A stretch of DNA of 64,000 nt from a virus (IMGVR_UViG_3300028888_000044:32001-96000); one strand, 5' to 3'; counted from the stretch's first letter, positions 47,065 through 57,933 are shown. The notes: generated by a model not told the origin, from the sequence alone. A program made the numbers and translations.

Positions 47065-49478
47065 TGAGATTGGCAGATGCAAACAAGAGGAAACAACTGA
47101 CCACAGTCAGAAGACAACAGAACGAACTGCTATCTACTTTGGACGGTTATCTTACGGCACTTGAGAATCAGTCGGCTGAACAGACGCAAACATTTGCGTT
47201 TGGAGATAATCCTTTTGTGTATTTGATTCAATTGTTGGAGCATCTTGGTTGTACAAGGGAGGAAATGATTGAGAAGATTGCCAAGATAATCATTTATGGT
47301 CTTCCAGCAATAGAAATCGGTGTAAAGGGTATATTGCTGTCAAATATGAAGAATCTTGTTGCTTGTGCCGTAGACCCAAGAATCCCTAATTATGCTAGGG
47401 AAAAGGGCATGACCTACAATATAAAGGAAATAGACCCATTGGGAATATTGTCAACATCTCCATTGGACAAGTACAATCAGCTTTACTTCGGAACTGACAA
47501 TATGAAAACACCATATGACTTTGTTAGACCAGTTGATATGAACACATTCTTGTGGTTTGTTGTACATAAAGGCAAGTATCCTAATTCGTCAGTTATAGCC
47601 GTAGACGAGGATTATAGCGACTTCTTCAAAAGAAAATATGGAGCAAGAACAGTTAGCGGTTCAAATATCAACACAGTGTCATATTTGACTTTTGACCCTA
47701 ACGGCAAGAATCAAGGTATGGCATTGGGTAGCACTTTCATACAGAGGTTTACAAACGAGGAAGGTACAAACGGACACTTGATAAGTCTATGCACAAATGT
47801 CAAGTTCATTATAAAGGAGAAACAAGGACTTAACGATTATTATGTTGCAGAAAGCACTATAATGCCTATAGGAAATGCTTGGGACAGAACTAATTACTAT
47901 GTAAATAGAGGTATGTATCTTTCAAACCTTGGAAAGGTGTTTGATAAAAAAAATGAAAATAATAGAGATTACAACAAGGACATTGGATTGTGCAGTTTCC
48001 AATTCTTGGATTCCTTGAAGAACTATGATGCTTATAATGTCAGCGACTTCAACGAACCATATAACTGCTTGAATGTAAGGGTACTTCCAAAGCCATTGGT
48101 ACATGTTCCACATATTGGACAGACATTCTTCTATCCTCTTATTATCAGATACAACAGCGAAGGTAAGGTTGATAAGGATGGAAGATTTTCTGTGATGCCA
48201 GTGAGGGAAATGCCTACAGATACAATGTGTCATACAAATGTAAAAACAATTATCATCGAGAAATTGTTTGAAAAACTTGGAAGACAACCAACGCAAGAGG
48301 AACAAGATGAGGTTTATTTTACATTGAATGACAAGAACAATGATTCAAAGTCGGATTTCTTTTCAATGGACGGAGCCATTTGGTGGTACAAGCTTGCTTT
48401 CTTTGAGACACAACGCACAGCCACTAATTACAAGTTGGTTATTGACCATAAGGGCAACTACAAGATAACAAGTGATGACTTAAATGTATTTACAAGATAT
48501 AATTTTGATGAAATCACAGAAGTTAACTATAGTACAACACTTTCATTGATAAGGGAATGTTATTTCGGTCTAACCCTTTATGAGTTCAATTATGACTATA
48601 TAATGAGCCAAAGGCTGTTTGATTCAAAGGTTGTTGCTACACAATTGATAAATGTTTTGGCTGATTTTATGATTGGTGGCTCAATAACGTTCTCACAGAC
48701 AGAGATTGAGGGAATGGATAGGATATACCATATTGTTGAGAAGATAGTCAATTCAGACGGTTATGAGGCTAGTGACTGTTTCTATACATTCTCCAATGAT
48801 GAGGTTGAAAGGATGTCAAGGGATGCCGAGCTTAAAAGGGCGAGACTTACACCATTCGGTGACTGTGAAAGAAGGGTTGATACCAATACAGATGAGGTTA
48901 TTGAGGCTTTGAATGACTTTGGCAGCGCAACAGAATTCCAAGAACAGAGGGATGCTTTTTCTCGTGTCGTAAGAAACGTTAGTGCTGTCATTGATAGGGA
49001 AGCAAAAGACCCAGATGTTATTGATAGTGTATCGTTTGACTTCATAACAAATATGTTTCAAAGTCTTTCAGTAGTTATTGTTACTGCATTGCTTTCTCCA
49101 AAAGTACTTCTTATGATATTGATGAATCAAGAGCTGTGTGGAAATTATTCACATGAAAGTTGGAAGAAGATGACATTGGAAAACATATTATATGCAATGC
49201 ATTCAATGATTGCGGCAATAATACTTGAGATTAGAGACCTACTGCTTAAGGAACTGCTTGAAGAGGTCAGAAACAGAATCAAGGCATTACTTTTTGACTT
49301 GCAAGTTGGTCTTATAAGGGAACAGATTGAAGTATATAGAAGAGCAATCAAGCTTATGATTAAGGCATGTTCGTTCAAGGGTGGAAGCAACTTGGATTTG
49401 GATACGGTACTTGACAAGGTTGATTATGCAGACATTGACGAATTGCAGCATCAAACTAATGAAACAAGCAAATGCTAA
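47064..49478 (+). CDS. large hypothetical (probably structural) protein
   Basis: 804 aa, in the late operon leading to the spike gene. Confidence 0.75.
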   Translation: MRLADANKRKQLTTVRRQQNELLSTLDGYLTALENQSAEQTQTFAFGDNPFVYLIQLLEHLGCTREEMIEKIAKIIIYGLPAIEIGVKGILLSNMKNLVACAVDPRIPNYAREKGMTYNIKEIDPLGILSTSPLDKYNQLYFGTDNMKTPYDFVRPVDMNTFLWFVVHKGKYPNSSVIAVDEDYSDFFKRKYGARTVSGSNINTVSYLTFDPNGKNQGMALGSTFIQRFTNEEGTNGHLISLCTNVKFIIKEKQGLNDYYVAESTIMPIGNAWDRTNYYVNRGMYLSNLGKVFDKKNENNRDYNKDIGLCSFQFLDSLKNYDAYNVSDFNEPYNCLNVRVLPKPLVHVPHIGQTFFYPLIIRYNSEGKVDKDGRFSVMPVREMPTDTMCHTNVKTIIIEKLFEKLGRQPTQEEQDEVYFTLNDKNNDSKSDFFSMDGAIWWYKLAFFETQRTATNYKLVIDHKGNYKITSDDLNVFTRYNFDEITEVNYSTTLSLIRECYFGLTLYEFNYDYIMSQRLFDSKVVATQLINVLADFMIGGSITFSQTEIEGMDRIYHIVEKIVNSDGYEASDCFYTFSNDEVERMSRDAELKRARLTPFGDCERRVDTNTDEVIEALNDFGSATEFQEQRDAFSRVVRNVSAVIDREAKDPDVIDSVSFDFITNMFQSLSVVIVTALLSPKVLLMILMNQELCGNYSHESWKKMTLENILYAMHSMIAAIILEIRDLLLKELLEEVRNRIKALLFDLQVGLIREQIEVYRRAIKLMIKACSFKGGSNLDLDTVLDKVDYADIDELQHQTNETSKC

Positions 49479-49479
49479 T

Positions 49480-49875
49480 ATGGGAATCAAGGAAATTTGT
49501 AACACACTACAGACATTATTGGACAATTATAGTAGGAAACCATTTCAAGCAATATCTGGTCTTATAATGATATGTTCTCTCTCAAAAAGACCTGGACTTT
49601 CTCCTATATTGTCAACAGCAAATATAATAAAGAATGTTGCCGCTAGGGGTATAAATACTGCCCCTATGGAGGATGGTAGCCCAAATCAGTTGAATATTGT
49701 TATCAACGAAATAACAAAGGAAGTATTCAGAGCTATGAGGGAAGATGCAAACATACAGACAGCTTTTGGACCTGGTTCTATAACAACACTTGGAAATGGT
49801 GCAAACGCTGGTGGACCAGTAGTTGTGACTTCAAAAATAATGAATTACGCAAAAGGCGTGGCAGCAATATTTTAA
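49480..49875 (+). CDS. hypothetical baseplate-region protein
   Basis: Start at MGIKEIC; GANAGGPV motif. Confidence 0.7.
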   Translation: MGIKEICNTLQTLLDNYSRKPFQAISGLIMICSLSKRPGLSPILSTANIIKNVAARGINTAPMEDGSPNQLNIVINEITKEVFRAMREDANIQTAFGPGSITTLGNGANAGGPVVVTSKIMNYAKGVAAIF

Positions 49876-49879
49876 TTCA

Positions 49880-50059
49880 ATGAATAACGAGAAGTTCAGT
49901 GAAATGTCAAATTCCGAAATCAAGATAAAGATGGAGGAATACAAGAATGAATATGATACAATAAAATCGAAGATTGCAGCGTTGATAGATAGGATGAACG
50001 AGCTTGATACTGTATATCTAAACGCTACAAATGAGCTTAAAAAGAGAAGAGCTATATGA
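49880..50059 (+). CDS. small coiled-coil protein (59 aa)
   Basis: MNNEKFSEMSNSEI...; ATGA overlap with the next gene. Confidence 0.7.
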   Translation: MNNEKFSEMSNSEIKIKMEEYKNEYDTIKSKIAALIDRMNELDTVYLNATNELKKRRAI

Positions 50060-50976
50060 GCAGCAACAATTACGTTATAAAGGAAGGACAAGTAGAATAT
50101 ATTGAAAATGGTAGTGGTATATTCGGAGAAGAAGCTGGTGCTTGTAGAATCAAGGTAAGGCTTTCTCAAGACGGTGAAAAGGCTATCAAGGACTTGCCTT
50201 GGTGTCATCCGTTGCTACCTAAAACATTTCAGTCCATCCCAAAGGTTGGCGAAGGTGTGCTTGTCATTACGTCTGAAATAGGAAACAATGAAAGCAACAG
50301 ATTCTATATTGGACCGATAATTTCACAGCCTCAATTTTTCACATACGACCCATATTCATATGGAAGAGGTTCTGCAATATCATTGCTGAAAGGCGGCAAT
50401 GACGAGCATGTACTTGAAAATATAAGCAAGTTCGGTGATGAAACAGAAGGCGCATTTCCAAAAACGTCAGACGTGGCTGTTATTGGTAGAAACAGTGAGG
50501 ACATTTCACTTAAGGAAGGTGAGGTGATGATTCGAAGCGGAGCTAGAGTTTGTGGAAATAATGAAAATGAAAATCTTGTTGGAAATGTAATTTTCAATAC
50601 TAATAGTCCAGCTTATCTTCAATTGAAATATAAGCAAGGATTACTTAACACACCAGAATATCAAGCTAATTCAGTAATAAATCTTGTTGCTGACAAGATT
50701 AATCTTATATCACACCAAGATGAAAATGTGAGAGAAAAATTGGTCAACAAGCAGTCAATGATTGATGATAGCGAATTTGCAAACATAATGGCACAATTGC
50801 ATCAGTTGCCGTATGGTGATTTATTGGTTAGAGGATTGAATATTATGAAGCTTGCAGTTATGTATCACGGTCATAATTTAAGTCCAGGCTCACCACCAGT
50901 AGAAGGACCGTTTATTACTGAATTGAAGGATGTTAACTTTGATGAAATATTATCACCTAATGTTCGAATAAATTAA
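50056..50976 (+). CDS. baseplate spike protein (gp5/gpV OB-fold)
   Basis: RIKVRL, LPWCHPL, IPKVGEGVLV, FYIG; C-terminal HxH. Confidence 0.7.
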   Translation: MSSNNYVIKEGQVEYIENGSGIFGEEAGACRIKVRLSQDGEKAIKDLPWCHPLLPKTFQSIPKVGEGVLVITSEIGNNESNRFYIGPIISQPQFFTYDPYSYGRGSAISLLKGGNDEHVLENISKFGDETEGAFPKTSDVAVIGRNSEDISLKEGEVMIRSGARVCGNNENENLVGNVIFNTNSPAYLQLKYKQGLLNTPEYQANSVINLVADKINLISHQDENVREKLVNKQSMIDDSEFANIMAQLHQLPYGDLLVRGLNIMKLAVMYHGHNLSPGSPPVEGPFITELKDVNFDEILSPNVRIN

Positions 50977-51009
50977 TTTTTTATTATATTTATAATAAAA
51001 ATATCTATT

Positions 51010-51402
51010 ATGAAACAAATTATTAGATTAACAGAAAATGATTTACACCGAATTGTCAAGAAAAGTGTAGAAAGGATATTGAGAGAGTCTAGCAAAGATG
51101 CACAAGATTCATTCCGCAAGGGTGCTGAAGCTGCAAGACAAGCTGCTACTGCTGCTCAAGGCGCTGCCAAAGCTGCCGCTTCACCAACATGGATACAAGC
51201 GTCAGCAGCAAAAGATAGACAACAAAAAGGTTCAAGCAAACAGACAAAAGAAAAACCAATGAGTCCAGAAGAGCGTAGAAAAGCTATTGAAGCTTCTACT
51301 AAATCTGCAAAAGATGCTGCCGTTGATTCAGCAAGAAAAGCTGCTGCTGCCGCACCATATGCAGCAAAGGCTGCATCTTCTAACAAGGGGAAAAATAAAT
51401 AA
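51010..51402 (+). CDS. RLTEND-leader Ala/Lys-rich protein
   Basis: MKQIIRLTENDLHRIVKKSVERILRES followed by basic low-complexity sequence. Confidence 0.75.
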   Translation: MKQIIRLTENDLHRIVKKSVERILRESSKDAQDSFRKGAEAARQAATAAQGAAKAAASPTWIQASAAKDRQQKGSSKQTKEKPMSPEERRKAIEASTKSAKDAAVDSARKAAAAAPYAAKAASSNKGKNK

Positions 51403-51420
51403 AAGAATCAAATTTGTATA

Positions 51421-51457
51421 AAAAAAAATCTCACTAAAAATTAGTGAGATTTTTTTT
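51421..51457. terminator. bidirectional terminator
   Basis: aaaaaaaatctcactaa..ttagtgagatttttttt. Confidence 0.8.
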
Positions 51458-51555
51458 ATTTTGTCAACCAAGTCAAGAATGAATTTTCGCCATTGGTTTT
51501 CTCATATGTTTTTTCTATGAAGTCTTTTGTCTTGATGTTTTGCTTGCAGTTGCAT

Positions 51556-52143
51556 TTACGCTTTTTTTCTTTCATTTACATTACCCTTTTTAATAAGTTT
51601 AGCTTCGAAAATGTCACCATTTGACGCAACTAGCTTGAAGCTTTCACCAATTCTCATCAATGACAATTGGTTTGTGCCGCTTGTGTTTTCTGTCAGCATT
51701 GATTTCTTGAGAGTTGACATAGATTTTCTCAAGCAATCTTCAACTATTGTCTTGATTAGGGAGTAATCGACACCGCTTGCTGTAGATTGTACAACTTGCT
51801 TTGTTTCCCTAATAGGTTGCTTTTTTTGAACTGGTGGCTCAATACCCATATCATCAAGGATGGAACCACTGTATTCTGGAATATCTATTGGATTGTTCGA
51901 GAATGATTCCACTATTTCTCTTGGCAGTTTTGAACTTGCTGCCCTTTGTGGTGTCATTTGTGGATATTGACCTTGGCTTGTCTGTGTCATTCTTTCTGGT
52001 GTTTCAAAAGCAATATCACCCTCATCCAATCTGTTTGCTTTCATTCCTTTTACATATTGGTCGAGTTCACCTCTTCTATCTCTATCAATTATTTCCTTCG
52101 CCCTTTTTTGGATTTCTTGGAACTGTTGTTTGTTTATTGCCAT
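51556..52143 (-). CDS. hypothetical phage protein
   Basis: SKLPREIVESF..NPI motif; in a late operon. Confidence 0.75.
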   Translation of the reverse strand: MAINKQQFQEIQKRAKEIIDRDRRGELDQYVKGMKANRLDEGDIAFETPERMTQTSQGQYPQMTPQRAASSKLPREIVESFSNNPIDIPEYSGSILDDMGIEPPVQKKQPIRETKQVVQSTASGVDYSLIKTIVEDCLRKSMSTLKKSMLTENTSGTNQLSLMRIGESFKLVASNGDIFEAKLIKKGNVNERKKA

Positions 52144-52166
52144 ATCATTAACTTATTCTTTTGTTA

Positions 52167-52892
52167 TTATATATCATTGTTAGGGAAAAGAGGTCCATTG
52201 TCGAATGCGTTCATCATTTCATCCTCTTCGTCTCCGAGTTGTTTTCTTCTCCACAATTCTGCTCTTTCCTTTTCTCTCTTAGCCCTTCTGTATTCCAAGT
52301 CGTGTTTCTTTCTCCAAGCATCTTGTCTTGCCTTCTTCATAGCTTGTGTCATAACTGGACCGTTTTGATTCTGCATTTGAGACATATTTGGAGGATTACC
52401 AACTGGACCTTGCTTTGGTTGATTGGGCTTGTTTATGTATCTACCGAAGTAATCCACATTGTTTGATTGGTTGTCCATCACATCATTGTTAAGGTTTCTT
52501 TGCAGCATCAAGTCATCGTTATCGAATTTTACTTGAGCTATGACAGTGTATTGTTTGTCTCCGTTAGGATTGTATCTGTCATCTGGTGCTTTATGGAATG
52601 TTGATGTTGTTGGTTTCCAAGTCAATATTCTGTCAAGTCTGAAAAGTTTCCAATCAGGAACACCTCGTCTTGTTGCACCGTTGTATGCATATGCCCTTAT
52701 ACCATATTTTCCGTGTCCCATATCAACCAACGAACAAGGCTCAATCCATCTTGTTCCAAGCGGTGGATTGGGCTGCTCATCGTTGTATGTTATGGCTACA
52801 ACTCTTTTATCGTCCAATGCTGATATTACTTCATCCCTACTAACGCTTTCTGTTAGTATTGATTCCATTATATTGTATAGATTCAAACTCAT
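52167..52892 (-). CDS. WYL-domain protein with short ILTE leader
   Basis: ITY...RWIEPCSL...IRAY...WKLFRLDRI. Confidence 0.75.
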   Translation of the reverse strand: MSLNLYNIMESILTESVSRDEVISALDDKRVVAITYNDEQPNPPLGTRWIEPCSLVDMGHGKYGIRAYAYNGATRRGVPDWKLFRLDRILTWKPTTSTFHKAPDDRYNPNGDKQYTVIAQVKFDNDDLMLQRNLNNDVMDNQSNNVDYFGRYINKPNQPKQGPVGNPPNMSQMQNQNGPVMTQAMKKARQDAWRKKHDLEYRRAKREKERAELWRRKQLGDEEDEMMNAFDNGPLFPNNDI

Positions 52893-53006
52893 TTCTATGA
52901 AACTTTAATTCTTAACAATAAATATTTTGAATCATATAAAAAATAATGGATTTCTTAAAAAAGTAAAGAAATCCATTGTTGAAAAACTTAGAATAAAATA
53001 GATAAC

Positions 53007-53417
53007 TTATCCACAATTGACAATTTTTTGTGTATATCCAACTTGATATTGTCCTTGAGCCACGTTTTGGTCTGTTTCAACCAATGCGGCACTGTATGGG
53101 GTTTGGTCGTTGTACATTGATACTGACATAGCATACTCACGACCACCGATGCCGTTACGACCCTTGATGTCATAGCATCCACCGATGTTCGAACTTGGAC
53201 TTGTATCAAAGTTGCTGTAATCTATTGTACCCGTTGGTTTGTTACAATCTGGAAGATAGTGAGTATGCCCACCGTGTCCGCTACCCTTACCTTGAACGTC
53301 ACCATCACTAAGTGCGTCCTTGTGTGTGGCAGAATATTGGTCATTGATATTATAGTCACTTCTTACGATTTCGGTATTTCTCTCTTCAATACCTCTCTTT
53401 TCAAGACAACTTTGCAT
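53007..53417 (-). CDS. hypothetical late protein
   Basis: YSATHKDALSDGDVQGKG; late motif at 53458. Confidence 0.75.
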   Translation of the reverse strand: MQSCLEKRGIEERNTEIVRSDYNINDQYSATHKDALSDGDVQGKGSGHGGHTHYLPDCNKPTGTIDYSNFDTSPSSNIGGCYDIKGRNGIGGREYAMSVSMYNDQTPYSAALVETDQNVAQGQYQVGYTQKIVNCG

Positions 53418-53480
53418 AATAGTTGGTGTTATTTTTTATATAAGTTATTTTTTAATAATAAATATTATTATTTTGATTTT

Positions 53481-54806
53481 TTATACTGGTAATAGTATAG
53501 AATTTTTCAATGGTAGTTTTTTCTTTTGTAGTTCGGCATTATCAGATAAACCACAAATGATTTCGTCTATCTGAACAGTAGTACCTTTTTTCAACCTCAA
53601 TTCCATTTCTTTGTTCAATTCACTTGCATTTACTTCAACTGATGTTTCCCAATCAACATCTTCTGGTCTAACCCATCCGTGAAGCACGACACAATCTTGA
53701 CAGAAGATGTTGTCCATTCCAAAACTAACACCTCCGTTTTTCGCCCAACTCCAACATACACCTATTTGTGGGAAGTTTTTGTTGTATTCATTGTAAACGT
53801 CTTCTTTACTTGTCAAACGAGGTACAGCAAGTGCTCTTTCCACATATATGAGATTGTTTTCATTGATGGTTAATGATTTAGGGAAACCATAGCAAGCCAA
53901 CAATGATTTGATTATTTGGTTTTTACCTTCCATTGTCAAATATTCACTTGATAGGTCGCTATCGTCAATATTGTTGATTTTGTCACCACATGTGAAATAT
54001 CTTTCATTATCACCGAGAGTCCTAATCCAATCCATCATATTTCTAATTGAATCAATACACAATACATGTTCTAAATCAACTGTTTCAATGATTTGTGAAA
54101 CATTGTTTATAATATCGTTCAATGAAATGCTTGATGGTTGCAACTTGCCGTATTTACCTATATTTTCCAAGTAGTCTATAAAGTGCTCGTATGTCAGCTT
54201 GTATCCGTTTTCTTCAGAACCGAATTCCTTGAAAGGTATGTTCAGTTCTGCTCTTCTTTCCTTTATAAGCTTCAATTGGCTTGTTGTAAGACAAATTTCC
54301 TTGATATGTATTTGACCGTTTTTTGTATTGATTGGTTTGATTCCATCATTTGTGATTGGTTTTGGTGCTTTAGGTTTCTTTGGTAATGTAGGCTTTGGTG
54401 CTTGGTGTCCCAATCTGTTTTGCGCATTTTTATGCTGCAACCTCAATTCACCGTTTCTGCCATAAACCCAATCAGTGAAATAATGCTCCAATTTGCTGGT
54501 TGAAACCTTGTTCCTATGTATACCACCTTCAACAGTCTTGTTAGAAACTCCATCGTTGCTGTCTATTTCCTTGTCTTTTTCAGTGTGAACGTTAGCATCA
54601 TCAACTACTTTACCGTCATCCTTCTTCTTGGCTTGGTTATAGTCTTCATCTTGCAAGTGCTTTAGCATCTTGTAGCCATCCTTGTCCTCCAACCCCATTG
54701 CTTCCATCTGGCTTATTGCGGCTTGAAGCTTCTGTTTGCCTTTTTGTGAAAGATGATATGTCTGTTTGTTAAGTTCTTTACTGTCTTCTTGTAGATATAT
54801 TGGCAT
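53481..54806 (-). CDS. protein with C-terminal ADP-ribosyltransferase-like (R-S-E) domain
   Basis: YVERAL...GVCWSW...EMELRL. Confidence 0.5.
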   Translation of the reverse strand: MPIYLQEDSKELNKQTYHLSQKGKQKLQAAISQMEAMGLEDKDGYKMLKHLQDEDYNQAKKKDDGKVVDDANVHTEKDKEIDSNDGVSNKTVEGGIHRNKVSTSKLEHYFTDWVYGRNGELRLQHKNAQNRLGHQAPKPTLPKKPKAPKPITNDGIKPINTKNGQIHIKEICLTTSQLKLIKERRAELNIPFKEFGSEENGYKLTYEHFIDYLENIGKYGKLQPSSISLNDIINNVSQIIETVDLEHVLCIDSIRNMMDWIRTLGDNERYFTCGDKINNIDDSDLSSEYLTMEGKNQIIKSLLACYGFPKSLTINENNLIYVERALAVPRLTSKEDVYNEYNKNFPQIGVCWSWAKNGGVSFGMDNIFCQDCVVLHGWVRPEDVDWETSVEVNASELNKEMELRLKKGTTVQIDEIICGLSDNAELQKKKLPLKNSILLPV

Positions 54807-54821
54807 AGCTTATTTAATTTT

Positions 54822-55052
54822 TTACCATTTATGATAACCGTCCATAAAGGATTGATTGGACAAGTCTCTTTGAACCTTATCTGCTGTCTTTGGCTTGCCG
54901 AATGTTGTATTACCATCAGTATCCTTGACATTGGCTGTTGCCGAAACTGTTGATTCTGGGTATTCCTTTATATTGTTTGGCGAATTGTCCCCTATGGTAG
55001 TCAATTCAAACAAACGTGTTGCTTGAGATTCAAGTAATTTTATAGTTTTCAT
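54822..55052 (-). CDS. small leader-bearing late protein
   Basis: MKTIKLLESQATRLFE. Confidence 0.65.
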   Translation of the reverse strand: MKTIKLLESQATRLFELTTIGDNSPNNIKEYPESTVSATANVKDTDGNTTFGKPKTADKVQRDLSNQSFMDGYHKW

Positions 55053-55080
55053 TGTTTTATTTGGTTATTTATAATATATT

Positions 55081-55093
55081 ATAAATATTTATA
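55081..55093. promoter_or_regulatory. palindromic bidirectional late promoter ATAAATATTTAT
   Basis: Lies between divergent genes at 55052 and 55122. Confidence 0.55.
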
Positions 55094-55121
55094 ACTAGGA
55101 TAAAATATAAAAAAAATTACA

Positions 55122-57071
55122 ATGGGAAACATCAAAAACAATAATAGACACAATATAAAGCTTAACATAAACTATGATGAGTATTGGGATTTCTTCTTGA
55201 ACAAGGACAGATTCGGTGCTTATTGTTTTGACGGTTCAAGGCTTTATGATAAATGTCTAATCTCCTACATAGACACAAGCGACAGCGCTTGTACAGTTGA
55301 AGACGATTGGCTTATCAGCAACGAGTCATACAGATGGGAAAGCGGTGTATCTATAGGATATACTCTTCATAATGTAGGGTATACTGGTGTTGACAACGGA
55401 CTTTTCAGATTCAGAAAGGATAGAATTTCAAATGAAGAGTTTGTAAAGATTTATTCAGAGTCTGACTTTTCTTTTGAAGAGGATGATATGAGGCTTAAAC
55501 TGCATGCCATAAGCGGCAACACATTGCAGTACGAATATCCGATGAGGATTGAAAACGGACTTGCGAGATGCAACGGTGGTTTCTTCCAAGGGGTATTCAA
55601 GACAGAATGTGACAAGTATCAGATATTACCAAGCTCATTGTTCGAGGATGTTTGGGACTTTGAATTCGTTCTCAAGAAGGAGGACTTTGAAAAGGAAAGC
55701 GACAAGACATTGAACGATAAACATCCAGAAAATAAGGGCATATTCTTCTATATGGGTGTAAGAGCCGAAAACAAATGGGATATTCTTTATGACAAGTCGT
55801 TGACAAGCGGAGACACGCTTGATACGGATGATGTGGTTGATTATCTTGGAATGGACTGTGATTGTTCAACGTTGCATAGATTCACAGATGTCGATTGGTA
55901 CGGTGAATTGGTGTGGTGGAGGGTAAACCCAATAGAGAACTACGTTGATTACATATATTACCCAGACTCAATGTACAAGAATGATGACGAATATTTTTCA
56001 GATTATATCTTTGACGAGGACAAACCTATAATTATAGATGATAGGACACTTGCAAAGGAGCTGAAGGACTGCTGTACTTGCGAAAAGGAGGTGAAGAGCA
56101 TTGTGAAGCAAGAGCTTGTATGTTGCGGATGTGGAAAGTGCAAAGCAATAGGAATTCCAAAATACAAGGTTGAAAAGGTTGACTGTCATTCTTGCTTGTT
56201 CGGTGCTGATTATTTGGATGGGTTAGACGAGCTTGACTATGATACTGATTATGTTGCACCAGAAACTGATTTGTCATTGTATGACTTCCAAACGGCAGAA
56301 CACGGTTTGAGTCTTTTCAAGTTCAAGAGATATACAAAGATATACAGTGACAACAAGTTCTTGCTATTCCATAGGGCAAAGGGAGGTTTTTGCGTTAGGA
56401 ATTGGGTTGAGGACACTGTAGTCGAATATATGTATGAGAGGAACAGATTCAACGAGAACTTGTTCTTGATAATGAATAGAACTTGCACTGGTTATACTGT
56501 TTGGAACATTGATGACCTCAAGGAGCAATATGCTGAAAAGTACAATATCTATGAGGATTTGTACAACAATGCATTGTGCTTCAGAATCACTGACGAAGGC
56601 GAGGTTGGATATAGGTATTTGAGTGTTGACTGTGAAGTTAGCGGTGACAACAAGATAAAGATATACGAGGGATATTCCAACAAGGGTGTTATAAAGGACA
56701 AACAATGGCACTTAATACACGTCAAGGTGATTGGCGGTGTCAAGACCATGTATTTCAAGTTCTATGTGGATGGAAGACTGAAGTATATTACACAAGAGGT
56801 TCCATTGTTGAACTTGAGGAAGCTTCAAGAGGAAGACGAGAAGCAAGAGTTGGTTGCATATAACATTTCATTGGGTGGTGGCACACAAGGTCTATGTGAT
56901 GTTATAATGCCAGATTATATGAGGGTTTACAATGTGCTTATGCCGTTGGAGGAAAATTTCGGTGGCACGTTTATAGGATATATCAAGATATTCAGATGGT
57001 ATAACTGCACAATGGAGGTAATGAATATAAGGAATAACTACAATTATGAAATCAGACGTATTAAATTATAA
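55122..57071 (+). CDS. structural protein with LamG/concanavalin-like domain
   Basis: WHLIHV...FYVDGRL...FIGYIKIFRWY; Cys-rich insert. Confidence 0.6.
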   Translation: MGNIKNNNRHNIKLNINYDEYWDFFLNKDRFGAYCFDGSRLYDKCLISYIDTSDSACTVEDDWLISNESYRWESGVSIGYTLHNVGYTGVDNGLFRFRKDRISNEEFVKIYSESDFSFEEDDMRLKLHAISGNTLQYEYPMRIENGLARCNGGFFQGVFKTECDKYQILPSSLFEDVWDFEFVLKKEDFEKESDKTLNDKHPENKGIFFYMGVRAENKWDILYDKSLTSGDTLDTDDVVDYLGMDCDCSTLHRFTDVDWYGELVWWRVNPIENYVDYIYYPDSMYKNDDEYFSDYIFDEDKPIIIDDRTLAKELKDCCTCEKEVKSIVKQELVCCGCGKCKAIGIPKYKVEKVDCHSCLFGADYLDGLDELDYDTDYVAPETDLSLYDFQTAEHGLSLFKFKRYTKIYSDNKFLLFHRAKGGFCVRNWVEDTVVEYMYERNRFNENLFLIMNRTCTGYTVWNIDDLKEQYAEKYNIYEDLYNNALCFRITDEGEVGYRYLSVDCEVSGDNKIKIYEGYSNKGVIKDKQWHLIHVKVIGGVKTMYFKFYVDGRLKYITQEVPLLNLRKLQEEDEKQELVAYNISLGGGTQGLCDVIMPDYMRVYNVLMPLEENFGGTFIGYIKIFRWYNCTMEVMNIRNNYNYEIRRIKL

Positions 57072-57183
57072 ACTAATAAATAATGTCTTGAACAAGTATT
57101 TGCCAAAGAATTTATTGAAAATTAGCGATTAGAAAAATATTTATATAAAAAAAAATAATAACTATAACAAAAAACTATAAACT

Positions 57184-57933
57184 ATGCTTGAATTAATCAA
57201 AAAATCAGATTTAAAGAATCCTTACTACTATGTAAATGACAATGTTCTTTATGCAATCAGCGACACTCAAATGGATGAGAATTTAGCTGAAATTGAAGAT
57301 AAGAGAATAGGAGAACACTTAGTCGTATATGTAACAGAAGAACAAGAACTTGCTAAAGGAACAAAATATAGAGATTTGCACAACGATGAGCAAACAGCCC
57401 TTGTTGACGGATTATATCAAGTTTCAACAAACAAGATTAATGTAGAGGAATGTAAAGCCATATTCCCTTACTGCACAGTATCCTATGAGGATGATGACAG
57501 CAACACATATGAGGAAATTTATTGGCTGCAAGATTACATCAAGGTTGGTGACAAGTTTGTTAACGGCCATTTTGAAAGTTATCATTCCGATTATCAGAAA
57601 GACTATGAAAACAAGGCAATTGTTGAAATAGGCAAGTTGATTGACAAGGGAACCAATTTAAACCAAATCATCAGCAAATTCCCATATTACATTTTTGACT
57701 CAGCAATGATTGAGGATAAAGTTAAAATTAATACCGAAGACGGACAGAAGATGGTTACATATAATGGCGTTGAAGGTGTTACAACAAAGTCAACTAAAGA
57801 TATGAAGGATATTATTGCCAAATCAGTTCAAGACAAGACAGTAGCCTTTGCAAATCAAAAGTTGGATGCGTACAACTTGAAAGTAACAGATGATGCAATT
57901 GACATCAATTCATCTACAGTTGTTGATAAGTAA
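57184..57933 (+). CDS. hypothetical late protein
   Basis: TATTTATA at 57138. Confidence 0.7.
   Translation: MLELIKKSDLKNPYYYVNDNVLYAISDTQMDENLAEIEDKRIGEHLVVYVTEEQELAKGTKYRDLHNDEQTALVDGLYQVSTNKINVEECKAIFPYCTVSYEDDDSNTYEEIYWLQDYIKVGDKFVNGHFESYHSDYQKDYENKAIVEIGKLIDKGTNLNQIISKFPYYIFDSAMIEDKVKINTEDGQKMVTYNGVEGVTTKSTKDMKDIIAKSVQDKTVAFANQKLDAYNLKVTDDAIDINSSTVVDK

Noticed and set aside
51456-51575. Slippery A-run at the end of the 51556-52143 gene
   Set aside because: The -1 frame closes after about 15 codons; the overlapping 39-aa ORF is in the +1 frame and has no other support.
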